A stretch of 64,000 nt of DNA. Origin: Clostridia bacterium. GTDB lineage: Bacteria > Bacillota > Clostridia > RUG12999. Location of the stretch: NCBI GenBank assembly GCA_022801925.1, contig JAAWTG010000012.1, positions 1,397-65,396 on the forward strand, given 5' to 3'. The translations under genes and the position numbers were made by a program. The notes under the pieces were generated by a model, which saw nothing but the letters and a program-made list of their open reading frames with translations, was not told the DNA's origin and did not search any database. Below, in pieces: positions 1-9,539 of this stretch (within the stretch, counting starts at the first letter, position 1; every line of letters begins with the position of its first letter).

Positions 1-527
1 TCACAAGAAAAAGGATGTTGCTTTTCCATTTTAGGCGGTAATTCGTAGGGGAGACCGGGTAGAACCAACCGCATGGAAGTGATCGTATCATCGACATGGC
101 GAATACAGTCCGCTATTTTTCCGTTTTCATGTACCAGCAAAATGTTGCTATATTTCCCAAGCAGTTCCACCACCAGCTTTTTCACTACAATATCGCCAAG
201 TTCGCTTCGCACTTCAACTGCAAATTCGATGATACGTTCCAAATCGTATTGCCGGACAGATAAAATCTTGCCGCCGCTTAAAAACTTGCGCAGCAACATA
301 CAAAAATTGGGCGGAGTCATAGGATTTTCGCGTGTCGTCTCTGTTAAATAGACGCGCGGAAACGAAGCGTTGCAGCTTAAAAGTAATTTTCTGTTTTGTC
401 CTTTCGCGCGCACATGCATAATAATATCATAGGAATCCGGCATATAAATTTTATCAATACGTCCTTCTGTTAAAAGAGCGTCCAATTCCTGTGCAACGCA
501 GGTTGTTGTAATCGAATCAAATGGCAT
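1..527 (-). CDS. RqcH / NFACT-family (fibronectin-binding FbpA-like) protein, N-terminal part. The gene continues beyond the window start.
   Basis: The reverse-strand translation starting at the ATG (complement of 525-527) reads MPFDSITTTCVAQELDALLTEGRIDKIYMPDSYDIIMHVRAKGQNRKLLLSCNASFPRVYLTE..., a typical NFACT-N/RqcH N-terminus. It is open to the window edge, so it does not appear in the ORF track, which lists only complete ORFs. Confidence 0.55.
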   Translation of the reverse strand, partial: MPFDSITTTCVAQELDALLTEGRIDKIYMPDSYDIIMHVRAKGQNRKLLLSCNASFPRVYLTETTRENPMTPPNFCMLLRKFLSGGKILSVRQYDLERIIEFAVEVRSELGDIVVKKLVVELLGKYSNILLVHENGKIADCIRHVDDTITSMRLVLPGLPYELPPKMEKQHPFSC

Positions 528-715
528 AATTTTTTCCTCCAGTCTACAACTAGTAGTATACCAATATTTACAGAATTTTTCAACCAAAAGACAAGATTAT
601 TTTTAGAAATTACGGAAAAACCTGACAAAAGACCTATTCTATCATATAGATAAACAAGCGCCGCCGATATATCATATTAGAATCCATATAAAATGCTGAA
701 AAAGCGAAAAAAGGT

Positions 716-744
716 TTGACATTGCCGCGGAATAAAGGTAAAAT
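716..744 (+). promoter_or_regulatory. Sigma-A type promoter for yicC: TTGACA, a 17-nt spacer, then TAAAAT.
   Basis: ttgaca at 716-721, a 17-nt spacer, and taaaat at 739-744, about 85 nt upstream of the yicC start. It lies in the divergent intergenic region between rqcH (-) and yicC (+). Confidence 0.5.
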
Positions 745-829
745 ATATAATGGAATGTTAGCATTTGGAATTCTGTACATATCGCTACAATGGCAGAGGA
801 ACCAAATAGAAATGCGGAGGAATAATCAT

Positions 830-1708
830 ATGCTTAAAAGCATGACAGGTTACGGAAGAGCAGAAGTTTTGTTTGATACCAAACGCGTGGTTGTGGAAAT
901 GAAATCGGTGAACCACCGTTTTGCAGATATTAACATCAAGCTGCCGCGTATTTATTCTTTTCTGGAAGAGAAAATCAGAGAAGAAGTGAAGCGGTTTGCA
1001 GCGCGCGGCAAGATAGATGTATTTATCATCATTGATGATTTTCGGGAAGATGGGAAACAAATTCAAGTAGATATGGCGCTTGCCAGTCAATACAAAAAAG
1101 CAGTGGATGCGTTATCGGAAACATTTTCTTTGCAAAATGATTTGACAGCAGGACAGTTGGCGCGCTTTCCTGATATTTTTCAAATTGATAAGACAGAAGA
1201 GGATCATGCGGTGATTTGGCAAGAAGTGAAACAGGCACTTGATGAGGCCGGTGAAAACTTTTTGCAAATGCGTCAGCGGGAAGGAGAACGGATTGGCAGT
1301 GCGCTTTTGGAATGCGGAACCCGTATCCGTACAGTTGTAGAGCAAATTGAACAGTTGGCACCGGCGGCAGTGGAAGATTATCGGCAGCGGCTGCGGGAAA
1401 AAATTGTGGAGTTCACACAGCAACAGGATATTGATGAAACGCGGCTACTGACAGAAGTGGCAATTTTTGCAGACAAAGTGTGTACGGATGAGGAACTGAC
1501 GCGTCTTGGTTCCCATTTGAAAGAATTAGACCATTTGCTGCATTTGGAGGAACCTGTCGGACGAAAACTGGATTTTTTGATTCAGGAAATGAATCGCGAA
1601 GTAAATACTATTGGTTCCAAATGTAATCAGATTGAAATTGCGAAGTTGGTGGTTGATACAAAAGCGGAAATCGAAAAACTGCGGGAACAGGTTCAAAATA
1701 TTGAATAA
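830..1708 (+). CDS. yicC: YicC/YloC family protein (stress-induced; RNase YloC-like).
   Basis: The translation starts MLKSMTGYGRAEV...VNHRFADINIKLPR, characteristic of the YicC N-terminus. A GGAGG lies 8 nt before the ATG at 830. The ORF track's earlier start at 716 is actually the promoter -35 box. Confidence 0.85.
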   Translation: MLKSMTGYGRAEVLFDTKRVVVEMKSVNHRFADINIKLPRIYSFLEEKIREEVKRFAARGKIDVFIIIDDFREDGKQIQVDMALASQYKKAVDALSETFSLQNDLTAGQLARFPDIFQIDKTEEDHAVIWQEVKQALDEAGENFLQMRQREGERIGSALLECGTRIRTVVEQIEQLAPAAVEDYRQRLREKIVEFTQQQDIDETRLLTEVAIFADKVCTDEELTRLGSHLKELDHLLHLEEPVGRKLDFLIQEMNREVNTIGSKCNQIEIAKLVVDTKAEIEKLREQVQNIE

Positions 1709-1764
1709 CCGCGTTATGAATTGCAAAAATATGGAAATACTATAGGAATAGGAGTTTTTGACTT

Positions 1765-2040
1765 ATGAAACTAATCAATATCGGATTCGGCAACTTTGTA
1801 TCAGCAGGAAGATTGGTGGCAATTGTCAGTCCTGAATCTGCGCCGATTAAACGAATTGTACAAGAAGCGCGTGACCGTGGTATGTTAATAGATGCAACCT
1901 ATGGACGCAGAACGCGCGCTGTACTGATTACAGATAGCGACCATATTATTTTGTCGGCAGTGCAGCCGGAAACGGTTGCGCACCGTCTTGGCGGAAAAGA
2001 CGCGGCAGCGATATTGGAGGATGATTTGGATGAAGAATAG
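1765..2040 (+). CDS. remA: RemA/YlzA family regulator (DUF370).
   Basis: The translation [30 protein letters not shown]... is the conserved RemA signature. The gene sits just before gmk, as in B. subtilis. Confidence 0.85.
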   Translation: MKLINIGFGNFVSAGRLVAIVSPESAPIKRIVQEARDRGMLIDATYGRRTRAVLITDSDHIILSAVQPETVAHRLGGKDAAAILEDDLDEE

Positions 2041-2638
2041 GGGACTCCTTTTGGTGGTATCAGGACCTGCCGGAGCCGGAAAAGGAACGATTTGCGGCAC
2101 ATTCATGCAGCGCCATCCGCAGGTGCATCTGTCGGTTTCGGCAACAACGCGTGCGCCGCGCGCCATGGAACAGGAAGGTATCCATTACTATTTTTTGCAG
2201 CAACAGCAATTTGAGCAAATGATTGCACAAGATGCGTTTATTGAATGGGCAAATTTTTGTGGCAATTATTATGGAACGCCGCGGGCAAAGGTGGAAGAAA
2301 AACTGGCTGCGGGACAAGACGTATTGCTTGAAATTGAAGTACAAGGAGCGATGCAGGTCAAAAAGAAGTTTCCGGAAGCAGTGCTCATTTTTATTCTTCC
2401 GCCTTCCATGGAAGAACTGCGCAGCCGTATTATAGGACGCGGTACAGAGACCATGGAAGTCATTGACCGGCGTATGGCGCGTGCGGCGGAAGAAGTGGAA
2501 TTAGCACAGCAGTATGATTATTTTATATTAAATGATACCGTGGAAGAAGCAACTGACCGGTTTGAATCTATTGTTCAAGCCGAAAAGATAAAAGTATCCA
2601 GAAATTTGACATTATTAAAGGAGGTTCGTGGACAATGA
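2030..2638 (+). CDS. gmk: Guanylate kinase.
   Basis: The ATG at 2030 gives [21 protein letters not shown]..., a P-loop guanylate kinase. Its start overlaps the end of remA. Confidence 0.9.
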   Translation: MKNRGLLLVVSGPAGAGKGTICGTFMQRHPQVHLSVSATTRAPRAMEQEGIHYYFLQQQQFEQMIAQDAFIEWANFCGNYYGTPRAKVEEKLAAGQDVLLEIEVQGAMQVKKKFPEAVLIFILPPSMEELRSRIIGRGTETMEVIDRRMARAAEEVELAQQYDYFILNDTVEEATDRFESIVQAEKIKVSRNLTLLKEVRGQ

Positions 2639-2970
2639 TTTATCCACCCATAAAAGAATTAATTGACAAAGTTGGTAACCGCTATAGCTTGGTGGTTGTA
2701 ACAGCAAAACGAGCACGCGAAATTGCGCAGCAAGAACGTGCATTAGAAAAAGAACGGGAGTTGGCGCCGGAACCGACGACGCTGGAAAGCCGTCTGAAAC
2801 GGCTGGAACGTGCTTCCAACAAAAAAATCATAAAACCAATTATCCGTTCTGTACAGGAAGTATATGAAGGAAAAGTATATTTTGTTCAGCACGATTCGGG
2901 TCAGCCGGAGGAACAAAACCCTGAATTGCAGCAGCCTGTGGCTAGTCAGGAAGAACTACCGGCTGAATAA
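2635..2970 (+). CDS. rpoZ: DNA-directed RNA polymerase subunit omega, with an unusually long C-terminal tail.
   Basis: [32 protein letters not shown]... is the RpoZ core. At 111 aa it is longer than the typical ~70 aa. An ATGA overlap joins it to the gmk stop. Confidence 0.85.
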   Translation: MIYPPIKELIDKVGNRYSLVVVTAKRAREIAQQERALEKERELAPEPTTLESRLKRLERASNKKIIKPIIRSVQEVYEGKVYFVQHDSGQPEEQNPELQQPVASQEELPAE

Positions 2971-2985
2971 AGGGGGCTATGCCAT

Positions 2986-4179
2986 ATGTTGCAGGGGAAA
3001 TGCATTGTTTTGGGCGTATGCGGCGGAATTGCTGCCTATAAAGCGGCGGATTTGGCAAGTAAACTGGTGAAAGCTGGTGCACGTGTACCTGTTATTATGA
3101 CGGAACATGCGACCAAATTTATTGCCCCTTTAACCTTTCAAACGTTGACCAATCAGCCGGTTACGACGCAAATGTTTGATGCGCCCATTCATTGGAATGT
3201 GGAGCATATTTCATTGGCAAAACAGGCAGATGCGTTTGTCATTGTTCCGGCAACTGCAAATATCATCGGGAAAATTGCCGGCGGTATTGCGGACGATATG
3301 TTGTCAACAACCGTTATGGCGGCAAAATGTCCCATTATTTTAGCGCCGGCAATGAATACGAATATGTATGAAAACTCCATTGTACAGAAAAATATGGATA
3401 CGCTGAAAAACTTAGGCTATCATATTATCGCACCTGCTGCAGGGCGGCTGGCGTGTGGCGACGTAGGCGCCGGAAAACTGCCGGAACCGCAAATTCTATT
3501 GGAGCAGATTGAAAATATTCTCTATCCGCAAAAGGATTTAACCGGTAAACGGGTACTGGTAACGGCCGGGCCAACGCGGGAGTTCGTTGATCCGGTTCGC
3601 TATATTTCTAACCCCTCTTCGGGAAAAATGGGATATGCATTGGCGCGTGCTGCTCATATGCGCGGTGCGGAGGTAACGCTGGTTTCAGGCCCTGTTGCCT
3701 TGCAGCCACCGCACGGCGTGCAGGTACGTTCTGTTTGCAGTGCAGACGAAATGTATAGAGATGTCATGCAGCAATATCAAACGCATGATATTATCATCAA
3801 AGCTGCCGCTGTAGGGGATTTTAAATCCAAACAACACTATGAACATAAATGCAAAAAAGACCAGCTGCAAACGATTGAACTGGAGAAAAACGAAGATATT
3901 TTGCGTGCAGTATGCAAGAGCAAAGGGAAACGACTTGTGGTTGGATTTTGTATGGAAACGCGTGATTTATTGCAATATGCTTATCAGAAATTATTAGATA
4001 AAGGCGCTGATATGATTGTTGCAAATGACTTAACAGCGCGGGACGCAGGGTTTCAGTCCGACAACAACACCGTGACAATTGTCTATCGGGATGGTCGGAA
4101 GGAGGCGTTAAATAACATGCCAAAATTGACATTGGCACATGCTATTTTGGATCGCTGCGTGAATGATTGCGGCGGATAA
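2986..4179 (+). CDS. coaBC: Bifunctional phosphopantothenoylcysteine decarboxylase / phosphopantothenate-cysteine ligase.
   Basis: It has a flavoprotein N-domain (CGGIAAYKAADLASKL) followed by a DFP ligase C-domain, at 397 aa. Confidence 0.9.
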   Translation: MLQGKCIVLGVCGGIAAYKAADLASKLVKAGARVPVIMTEHATKFIAPLTFQTLTNQPVTTQMFDAPIHWNVEHISLAKQADAFVIVPATANIIGKIAGGIADDMLSTTVMAAKCPIILAPAMNTNMYENSIVQKNMDTLKNLGYHIIAPAAGRLACGDVGAGKLPEPQILLEQIENILYPQKDLTGKRVLVTAGPTREFVDPVRYISNPSSGKMGYALARAAHMRGAEVTLVSGPVALQPPHGVQVRSVCSADEMYRDVMQQYQTHDIIIKAAAVGDFKSKQHYEHKCKKDQLQTIELEKNEDILRAVCKSKGKRLVVGFCMETRDLLQYAYQKLLDKGADMIVANDLTARDAGFQSDNNTVTIVYRDGRKEALNNMPKLTLAHAILDRCVNDCGG

Positions 4180-4206
4180 AACAGAAGAAAGGGACGGTTC
4201 ACGGCG

Positions 4207-6639
4207 ATGAGAGCGGCTTGTATTATTGTGAATACAACATTAAAAAAACTGGACCGTGTTTTTCATTATCTTGTGCCGGAAGGAATGAACCTTCAAACCG
4301 GTCACCGTGTGTTGGTGCCGTTTGGGGCAGGCAACCGGAAACTGGAAGGATACTGCTTGGGATTTGAAGAAGTGGACGCTGCAGCGGCGCTGAAACCTGT
4401 TGCAAGATGTCTGGATGAACAGCCTATGCTCTCACCCTCCAGAGTTGCATTGGCGCAGTTTATGAAACGGCGTTATATTTGTTCCATGACAGAAGCGCTG
4501 CATTTACTGTTGCCGCCGGCAGTTCATTTTCAAATGGAGGAACGCGTTTCTTTGCGCGGAGATATTGAGGCGCAGAAGCTGACGGCAAAACAACAACTGG
4601 TTGCCGCTTATTTACAGGAAAAACAGGAACCTGTGGCATTGACGCAACTTAAAGAAGCGTGTGGTCTTGCAAACCGCAGTGTCATTGACACGCTGCAAAA
4701 AAAAGGTATTGTAGCGGTGACGGAACACGCAGTATATGGGCAGCAAGAAAAATATCAAAAGGTTGTACGGCTGAATGTGGAAGAAGAAATTGCGGAAGAA
4801 GCCATAGAACAAATGCAGCGGCGGGCGCCGGCAGCGGCGGGCGCACTTGGTATTTTGGTGCAGCAGAAAAACTTGCTGCTTACAGAATTGCTGCAAGCAG
4901 CAAACTGTTCCAGACAATCTGTTGAAGTTTTATGCCGCCATGGTTATGCTGTGGTGACGGAGGAAGAACAATACCGCCGCCCCACGCAATGCTCTCCAGC
5001 GCAGCAGTCGAAAAAATATGTACCGACAGTGGAACAGCAAACGGCAATTGAACAAATTACTGCTTCGCTGGAGCGCGGATATGAAGAATTTTTGCTCTAT
5101 GGCGTGACAGGGAGCGGCAAAACAGAAGTGTTTTTGCAAGCGGTAGAAACCTGTTTGCAGCAGGGAAAAAATGCCGTTGTGCTGGTGCCGGAAATTGCCC
5201 TAACGCCGCAAATGACGAACCGCTTTTTAAGCAGGTTTCAGAATCAAGTGGCGGTGTTACACAGCGGTTTATCCTTGGGCGAACGCTATGACGAATGGCG
5301 GCGTATCCGTGAAGGGCGTGTTTCTGTGGTGATTGGGGCGCGCAGCGCTATTTTTGCGCCGTTTGACGATATTGGATTGTTGATTTTAGACGAAGAACAC
5401 GAAACCTCTTATAAATCAGAATCCAATCCGCGCTACCATGCGCGGGAAATTGCAAAATATCGCGCCATGCAGTATGGCGCAACCGTGGTATATGCCTCGG
5501 CAACGCCAAGCATAGAAAGTTTTTACCGCGCGCAGCAGGGTGAATATAAGCTGCTGGAATTGACAAAACGCTATAACGACCAATCGCTTCCTGACGTGCA
5601 AATTGTGGATTTGGCGCAGGAACTACAGCGCGGAAACCGCAGTGTGGTCAGCAGTGTGTTGCAGCGGGAAATTGAGGAGAATTTAAAGAACCGTCAACAG
5701 ACCATTTTGCTCATGAACCGACGGGGACATTCCACGTTTGTTTCATGCAGAAGCTGCGGATATGCGGTAAAATGTCCGCATTGCAGCATTACATTAACCT
5801 ATCATTTTAAAGAAAATCAGTTGATATGTCACTATTGCGGCTATACACAGAACAATATAACAGTCTGTCCCGAATGCGGAAGCAAGCATGTGAAACAGTT
5901 TGGGACGGGAACGCAGAAAGTGGAACAGCAGCTTCAGGAACTTTTTCCGACAGCGCGTATCTGCCGTATGGATGGCGATACTACCGGTCGCAAATCAGCA
6001 CATGAGAAAATCCTGAATGCTGTAGAACAAAAGGAAATTGATATTTTGTTGGGAACCCAAATGGTGGCAAAAGGATTGGATTTCCCCAATGTGACACTGG
6101 TTGGCGTCATCGCGGCAGACACCATGCTGAATGTCAATGACTTTAGGGCGTCTGAGCGTGCTTTTGCACTGTTGGCGCAGGTTTGCGGACGGGCAGGGCG
6201 GGGAGATATTGCCGGTAGAGCGGTGATTCAAACCTATATGCCAACCGATAAAACGTTGTTATTTGCCGCCCGTCATGATTATTTGGGATTTTACCAAAAC
6301 GAAATTCGTTTGCGGCAATTTTTGCGTTATCCGCCTTTTTCGGAAATGGTATATATTATTGCCAGCGGGGAAGAACAGGAGCAGACGCAGCGTTATATGG
6401 CGGATTTAGCCCGCAGACTAACGGCGGAATTGCACAGTGGAAACGGAACAACAGAACTTCTTGGACCGGGTCCTGCCGGCATTTTGAAAGTGAAAAATCG
6501 GTACCGTTATGGTCTTTTGATAAAAACAAGTCATGTAAAAGATATTATTCCGATGCTGGAAAAAATGTATTATTATCATCTATCGTTGAAGAATAATTTT
6601 ACACTTGGTATTGATACAAACCCTAACCATATTTTTTAA
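4207..6639 (+). CDS. priA: Primosomal protein N' (replication restart helicase PriA).
   Basis: It carries a Walker A motif (GVTGSGKTE), a DEEH box, and a Cys-rich zinc region (CRSCGY...CPHC...CHYCGY...CPECG). It is 810 aa. Confidence 0.9.
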   Translation: MRAACIIVNTTLKKLDRVFHYLVPEGMNLQTGHRVLVPFGAGNRKLEGYCLGFEEVDAAAALKPVARCLDEQPMLSPSRVALAQFMKRRYICSMTEALHLLLPPAVHFQMEERVSLRGDIEAQKLTAKQQLVAAYLQEKQEPVALTQLKEACGLANRSVIDTLQKKGIVAVTEHAVYGQQEKYQKVVRLNVEEEIAEEAIEQMQRRAPAAAGALGILVQQKNLLLTELLQAANCSRQSVEVLCRHGYAVVTEEEQYRRPTQCSPAQQSKKYVPTVEQQTAIEQITASLERGYEEFLLYGVTGSGKTEVFLQAVETCLQQGKNAVVLVPEIALTPQMTNRFLSRFQNQVAVLHSGLSLGERYDEWRRIREGRVSVVIGARSAIFAPFDDIGLLILDEEHETSYKSESNPRYHAREIAKYRAMQYGATVVYASATPSIESFYRAQQGEYKLLELTKRYNDQSLPDVQIVDLAQELQRGNRSVVSSVLQREIEENLKNRQQTILLMNRRGHSTFVSCRSCGYAVKCPHCSITLTYHFKENQLICHYCGYTQNNITVCPECGSKHVKQFGTGTQKVEQQLQELFPTARICRMDGDTTGRKSAHEKILNAVEQKEIDILLGTQMVAKGLDFPNVTLVGVIAADTMLNVNDFRASERAFALLAQVCGRAGRGDIAGRAVIQTYMPTDKTLLFAARHDYLGFYQNEIRLRQFLRYPPFSEMVYIIASGEEQEQTQRYMADLARRLTAELHSGNGTTELLGPGPAGILKVKNRYRYGLLIKTSHVKDIIPMLEKMYYYHLSLKNNFTLGIDTNPNHIF

Positions 6640-6667
6640 ATCGCGTGAGAAAGGATGGAATAAGAGT

Positions 6668-7108
6668 ATGGCGATTCGTAAGGTTGTGTTATATGGAGAT
6701 GATATTTTGCGGAAAAGAAGCCGCGAAGTAGATAAATTTGACGAACGGCTGCACCAATTACTTGACGATATGGCGGAAACCATGTATCAACAAAACGGCG
6801 CCGGGTTGGCGGCGGTTCAGATTGGCATTCTCAAACGCGTCATTACCATTGATGCAGGACAAGGCTTGATTGAATTGGTAAATCCGGTGATAGTGGAGAC
6901 CTCCGGCATGCAAAACGGCCCCGAGGGCTGTTTGAGTATACCTGAAAAATTTGTTGATATCAAACGTCCTTATAAAGTAAAAGTGCGTGCGTTTGACCGA
7001 CATGGCAAACCATTCACCATGGAAGGAACTGAACTGTTGGCACGGGCATTTTGTCACGAGATTGACCATTTGGAAGGAAAACTGTTTATAGATTTGATTG
7101 AAAAATAA
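6668..7108 (+). CDS. def: Peptide deformylase.
   Basis: The translation MAIRKVVLYGDDILRKRSREV...GCLSIPE...HEIDHLEGKLF contains the def motifs GxGxAAxQ, EGCLS and HEIDH. The ATG at 6668 is in frame with the longer ORF-track entry. Confidence 0.9.
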   Translation: MAIRKVVLYGDDILRKRSREVDKFDERLHQLLDDMAETMYQQNGAGLAAVQIGILKRVITIDAGQGLIELVNPVIVETSGMQNGPEGCLSIPEKFVDIKRPYKVKVRAFDRHGKPFTMEGTELLARAFCHEIDHLEGKLFIDLIEK

Positions 7109-7192
7109 CAGATTGGAATTTTCCTATTTTTAGGAACCGATTGATGAAATTGTTGAAGTGAAGATGACGATATCCGGGAGGAAAAAACAAAC

Positions 7193-8110
7193 ATGAAAAT
7201 TGTATTTATGGGAACGCCTGATTTTGCGCTCTATAGTCTTAAAAAGCTGGTGGAAAGCCCACATGAAATTTGCGCTGTGTTTTGTCAGCCTGATAAACCG
7301 GTCGGCAGAAATCAAAAACTGCAAAAGCCGCCGGTAAAAGAATTTGCGGATGAACAGGGCATACCGGTATTCCAGCCGGAATCTTTGAAACTGGACATGG
7401 TGAAAAATTGCATAGAAGCGCTGGAACCGGATCTCATTGCCGTTGTTGCGTATGGGAAAATGCTGCCCAAAGCTATTCTGGATTATCCGCGCTATGGCTG
7501 CATTAATGTGCACGGTTCCTTATTGCCAAAATACCGCGGCAGCGCGCCGGTACATTGGGCGGTTATGAATGGAGAAACCAAGACAGGCGTCACGACGATG
7601 TATATGGCGGAAGAAATGGACGCGGGCGATATTTTACTCGCAAAGGAAACGCCGATTGGCGAAACGGAAATTGCAGGCGATGTATATGACCGCTTGGCAG
7701 AAATGGGAGCGGATTTATTACTGGAAACCATTGAAAAGCTGGAAGCCGGTGCATTGAATCCTGTTCCGCAGGACGCCGCACAGGTATCGTTTGCACCCAT
7801 GCTGAAAAAAGAAATGGGAAAAATTGACTGGACAAAAACCTCCGAAGAAATTATCAATTTGATTCGCGGATTGAACCCATGGCCTGTCGCATATACCAAT
7901 ACGAATAAGGGTATACTGAAAATATATAGAGCAGAGAAAGAACAAATTCCTTCCGATTTGCCTCCGGGGACAGTGATTGAAAATCCTACGTCATTAATCG
8001 TAAAAACAGGAAACGGCTGCATTAGTCTCAAAGAAGTACAATTACAAGGCAAACGGAAAATGGATATTGTTGATTTCATTCGCGGAAACACGGTTTCCAT
8101 TGTGTTGTAG
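7193..8110 (+). CDS. fmt: Methionyl-tRNA formyltransferase.
   Basis: It starts MKIVFMGTPDFA...VHGSLLPKYRGSAPV. Def followed by fmt is the conserved arrangement. Confidence 0.9.
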   Translation: MKIVFMGTPDFALYSLKKLVESPHEICAVFCQPDKPVGRNQKLQKPPVKEFADEQGIPVFQPESLKLDMVKNCIEALEPDLIAVVAYGKMLPKAILDYPRYGCINVHGSLLPKYRGSAPVHWAVMNGETKTGVTTMYMAEEMDAGDILLAKETPIGETEIAGDVYDRLAEMGADLLLETIEKLEAGALNPVPQDAAQVSFAPMLKKEMGKIDWTKTSEEIINLIRGLNPWPVAYTNTNKGILKIYRAEKEQIPSDLPPGTVIENPTSLIVKTGNGCISLKEVQLQGKRKMDIVDFIRGNTVSIVL

Positions 8111-8187
8111 GCAAAACAAGTGTTTTGGATAAGAGCGGTGTTGAGAACTTGCCCCAGAGACCGCAGGGCAAATAAAGGAGAACGGCT

Positions 8188-9525
8188 ATGCAAACGCCAC
8201 GAATGGCTGCCTTGCAGCTTTGTTGTAAAATGGAACAGGACGACGCATATTCTAATCTGTTGCTGCAAGAATATTTGCGGCAGCAGCCTATGCAGGAGAA
8301 CGATAAACATTTGTTGGTTCGTCTGGTCTATGGCGTAACCCAACAGCGTCTACGTCTGGACTACATCATCGCGCAGTTTTCCAGCATGAAACCGTCCCGC
8401 ATGAAACCTATGATTTTGAATATTTTGCGACTTGCAGTCTATCAGTCAGAATGTTTAGACCGCATTCCTGATTATGCATTGGTAAACGAAAGTGTGGAAT
8501 TGGCAAAGCGAAACGGGTTAGGACATCTAAGCGGATTTGTCAATGGTGTTTTACGCGCTTATTTACGCGGTCGGGAGACTGTCGAATATCCCAAAGCAGC
8601 GCTGCATTATATGAGTACATACTATTCTTATCCGCAGTGGCTTGTAAAACTAATACGCGATAAATATAAAGAAAAAACAGAATGGATATTGCAGCAGGGA
8701 AATTGTGCGCCGACGGCAAGTGTTCGAGTAAACCGGACGAAATTATCGCCGAAAGCGTTGCAGGAGCAGTTTCGGCAGGAAAACATAGAAAGCTATGTGA
8801 GCGCGGTGCTGGAGGAGGCTTTGATACTAAAGCAGGGAATGGATTATGAAAAAAACAGTTCATTTCAAAAGGGATATTTTACGCCGCAGGACACCAGTTC
8901 CATGCTGGCAGCGCGTATCTTAGCGCCTCAATCGGGTCAAACTGTGATTGACGTATGCAGCGCGCCGGGCGGCAAAACGACTTATTTAGCAGAACAAATG
9001 CAAAACAGCGGCAAAATAATTGCCTGTGATATTTATCCGCATAAACTGAAACTGGTGCAGCAAGCGGCTAAGCGGCTTGATATCACTATCATCGAGACAA
9101 AACAGCAGGACGCGGCGGAATGCGTTGCTGCATGGAAGGGACGGGCAGACCGCGTTTTGGTTGACGCGCCTTGTTCCGGACTTGGTATCATCAGACGAAA
9201 ACCGGAAATCAAATGGACAAAAAGTTTGACGGATATCCGGCAATTAAGCATATTACAGTATCAAATTCTGCAAATGGCATCAAACTATGTAAAGCTGGGG
9301 GGAGAACTGGTATATTCCACCTGTACGCTGACCAATGAAGAAAACAATGATATTTTTTACCGATTTTTGCGAGAACATCCTCAGTTTGAAGCCGTAGATT
9401 TCAGCAATCTGGTGGCGGAAGAATGGAAACCGGCGGCAGCACTGGGCAATTTGCAAATTCTGCCTGGAGAACTGGACTGCGACGGATTTTATATTGCGAA
9501 AATGAAGCGAATCAAGGAATCATAA
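8188..9525 (+). CDS. rsmB: 16S rRNA m5C967 methyltransferase RsmB (Sun).
   Basis: It has a NusB-like N-domain and a SAM-dependent methyltransferase domain (DVCSAPGGKT...DAPCSG). An AGGAGA lies 6 nt before the ATG. Confidence 0.85.
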   Translation: MQTPRMAALQLCCKMEQDDAYSNLLLQEYLRQQPMQENDKHLLVRLVYGVTQQRLRLDYIIAQFSSMKPSRMKPMILNILRLAVYQSECLDRIPDYALVNESVELAKRNGLGHLSGFVNGVLRAYLRGRETVEYPKAALHYMSTYYSYPQWLVKLIRDKYKEKTEWILQQGNCAPTASVRVNRTKLSPKALQEQFRQENIESYVSAVLEEALILKQGMDYEKNSSFQKGYFTPQDTSSMLAARILAPQSGQTVIDVCSAPGGKTTYLAEQMQNSGKIIACDIYPHKLKLVQQAAKRLDITIIETKQQDAAECVAAWKGRADRVLVDAPCSGLGIIRRKPEIKWTKSLTDIRQLSILQYQILQMASNYVKLGGELVYSTCTLTNEENNDIFYRFLREHPQFEAVDFSNLVAEEWKPAAALGNLQILPGELDCDGFYIAKMKRIKES

Positions 9526-9539
9526 GGGGCAAAATACAG

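Noticed and set aside
73-351. A 92-aa + strand ORF (MEVIVSSTWRIQ...).
   Set aside because: It lies antisense inside the well-supported RqcH N-terminal coding region on the - strand. It is Ser/Thr-rich and low in complexity, and has no RBS.
8149-8171. A small hairpin ttgccc...gggcaa between fmt and rsmB.
   Set aside because: It is a 6-bp stem with no U-tract, and it lies inside a normal 77-bp intergenic spacer before a strong RBS. It is probably insignificant.
9423-9539. The N-terminal extension of the rlmN ORF, and similarly 13009-13218 for rsgA and 6605-6667 for def.
   Set aside because: The extensions overlap the preceding genes in another frame. Good RBS and ATG codons with canonical N-termini are found downstream.
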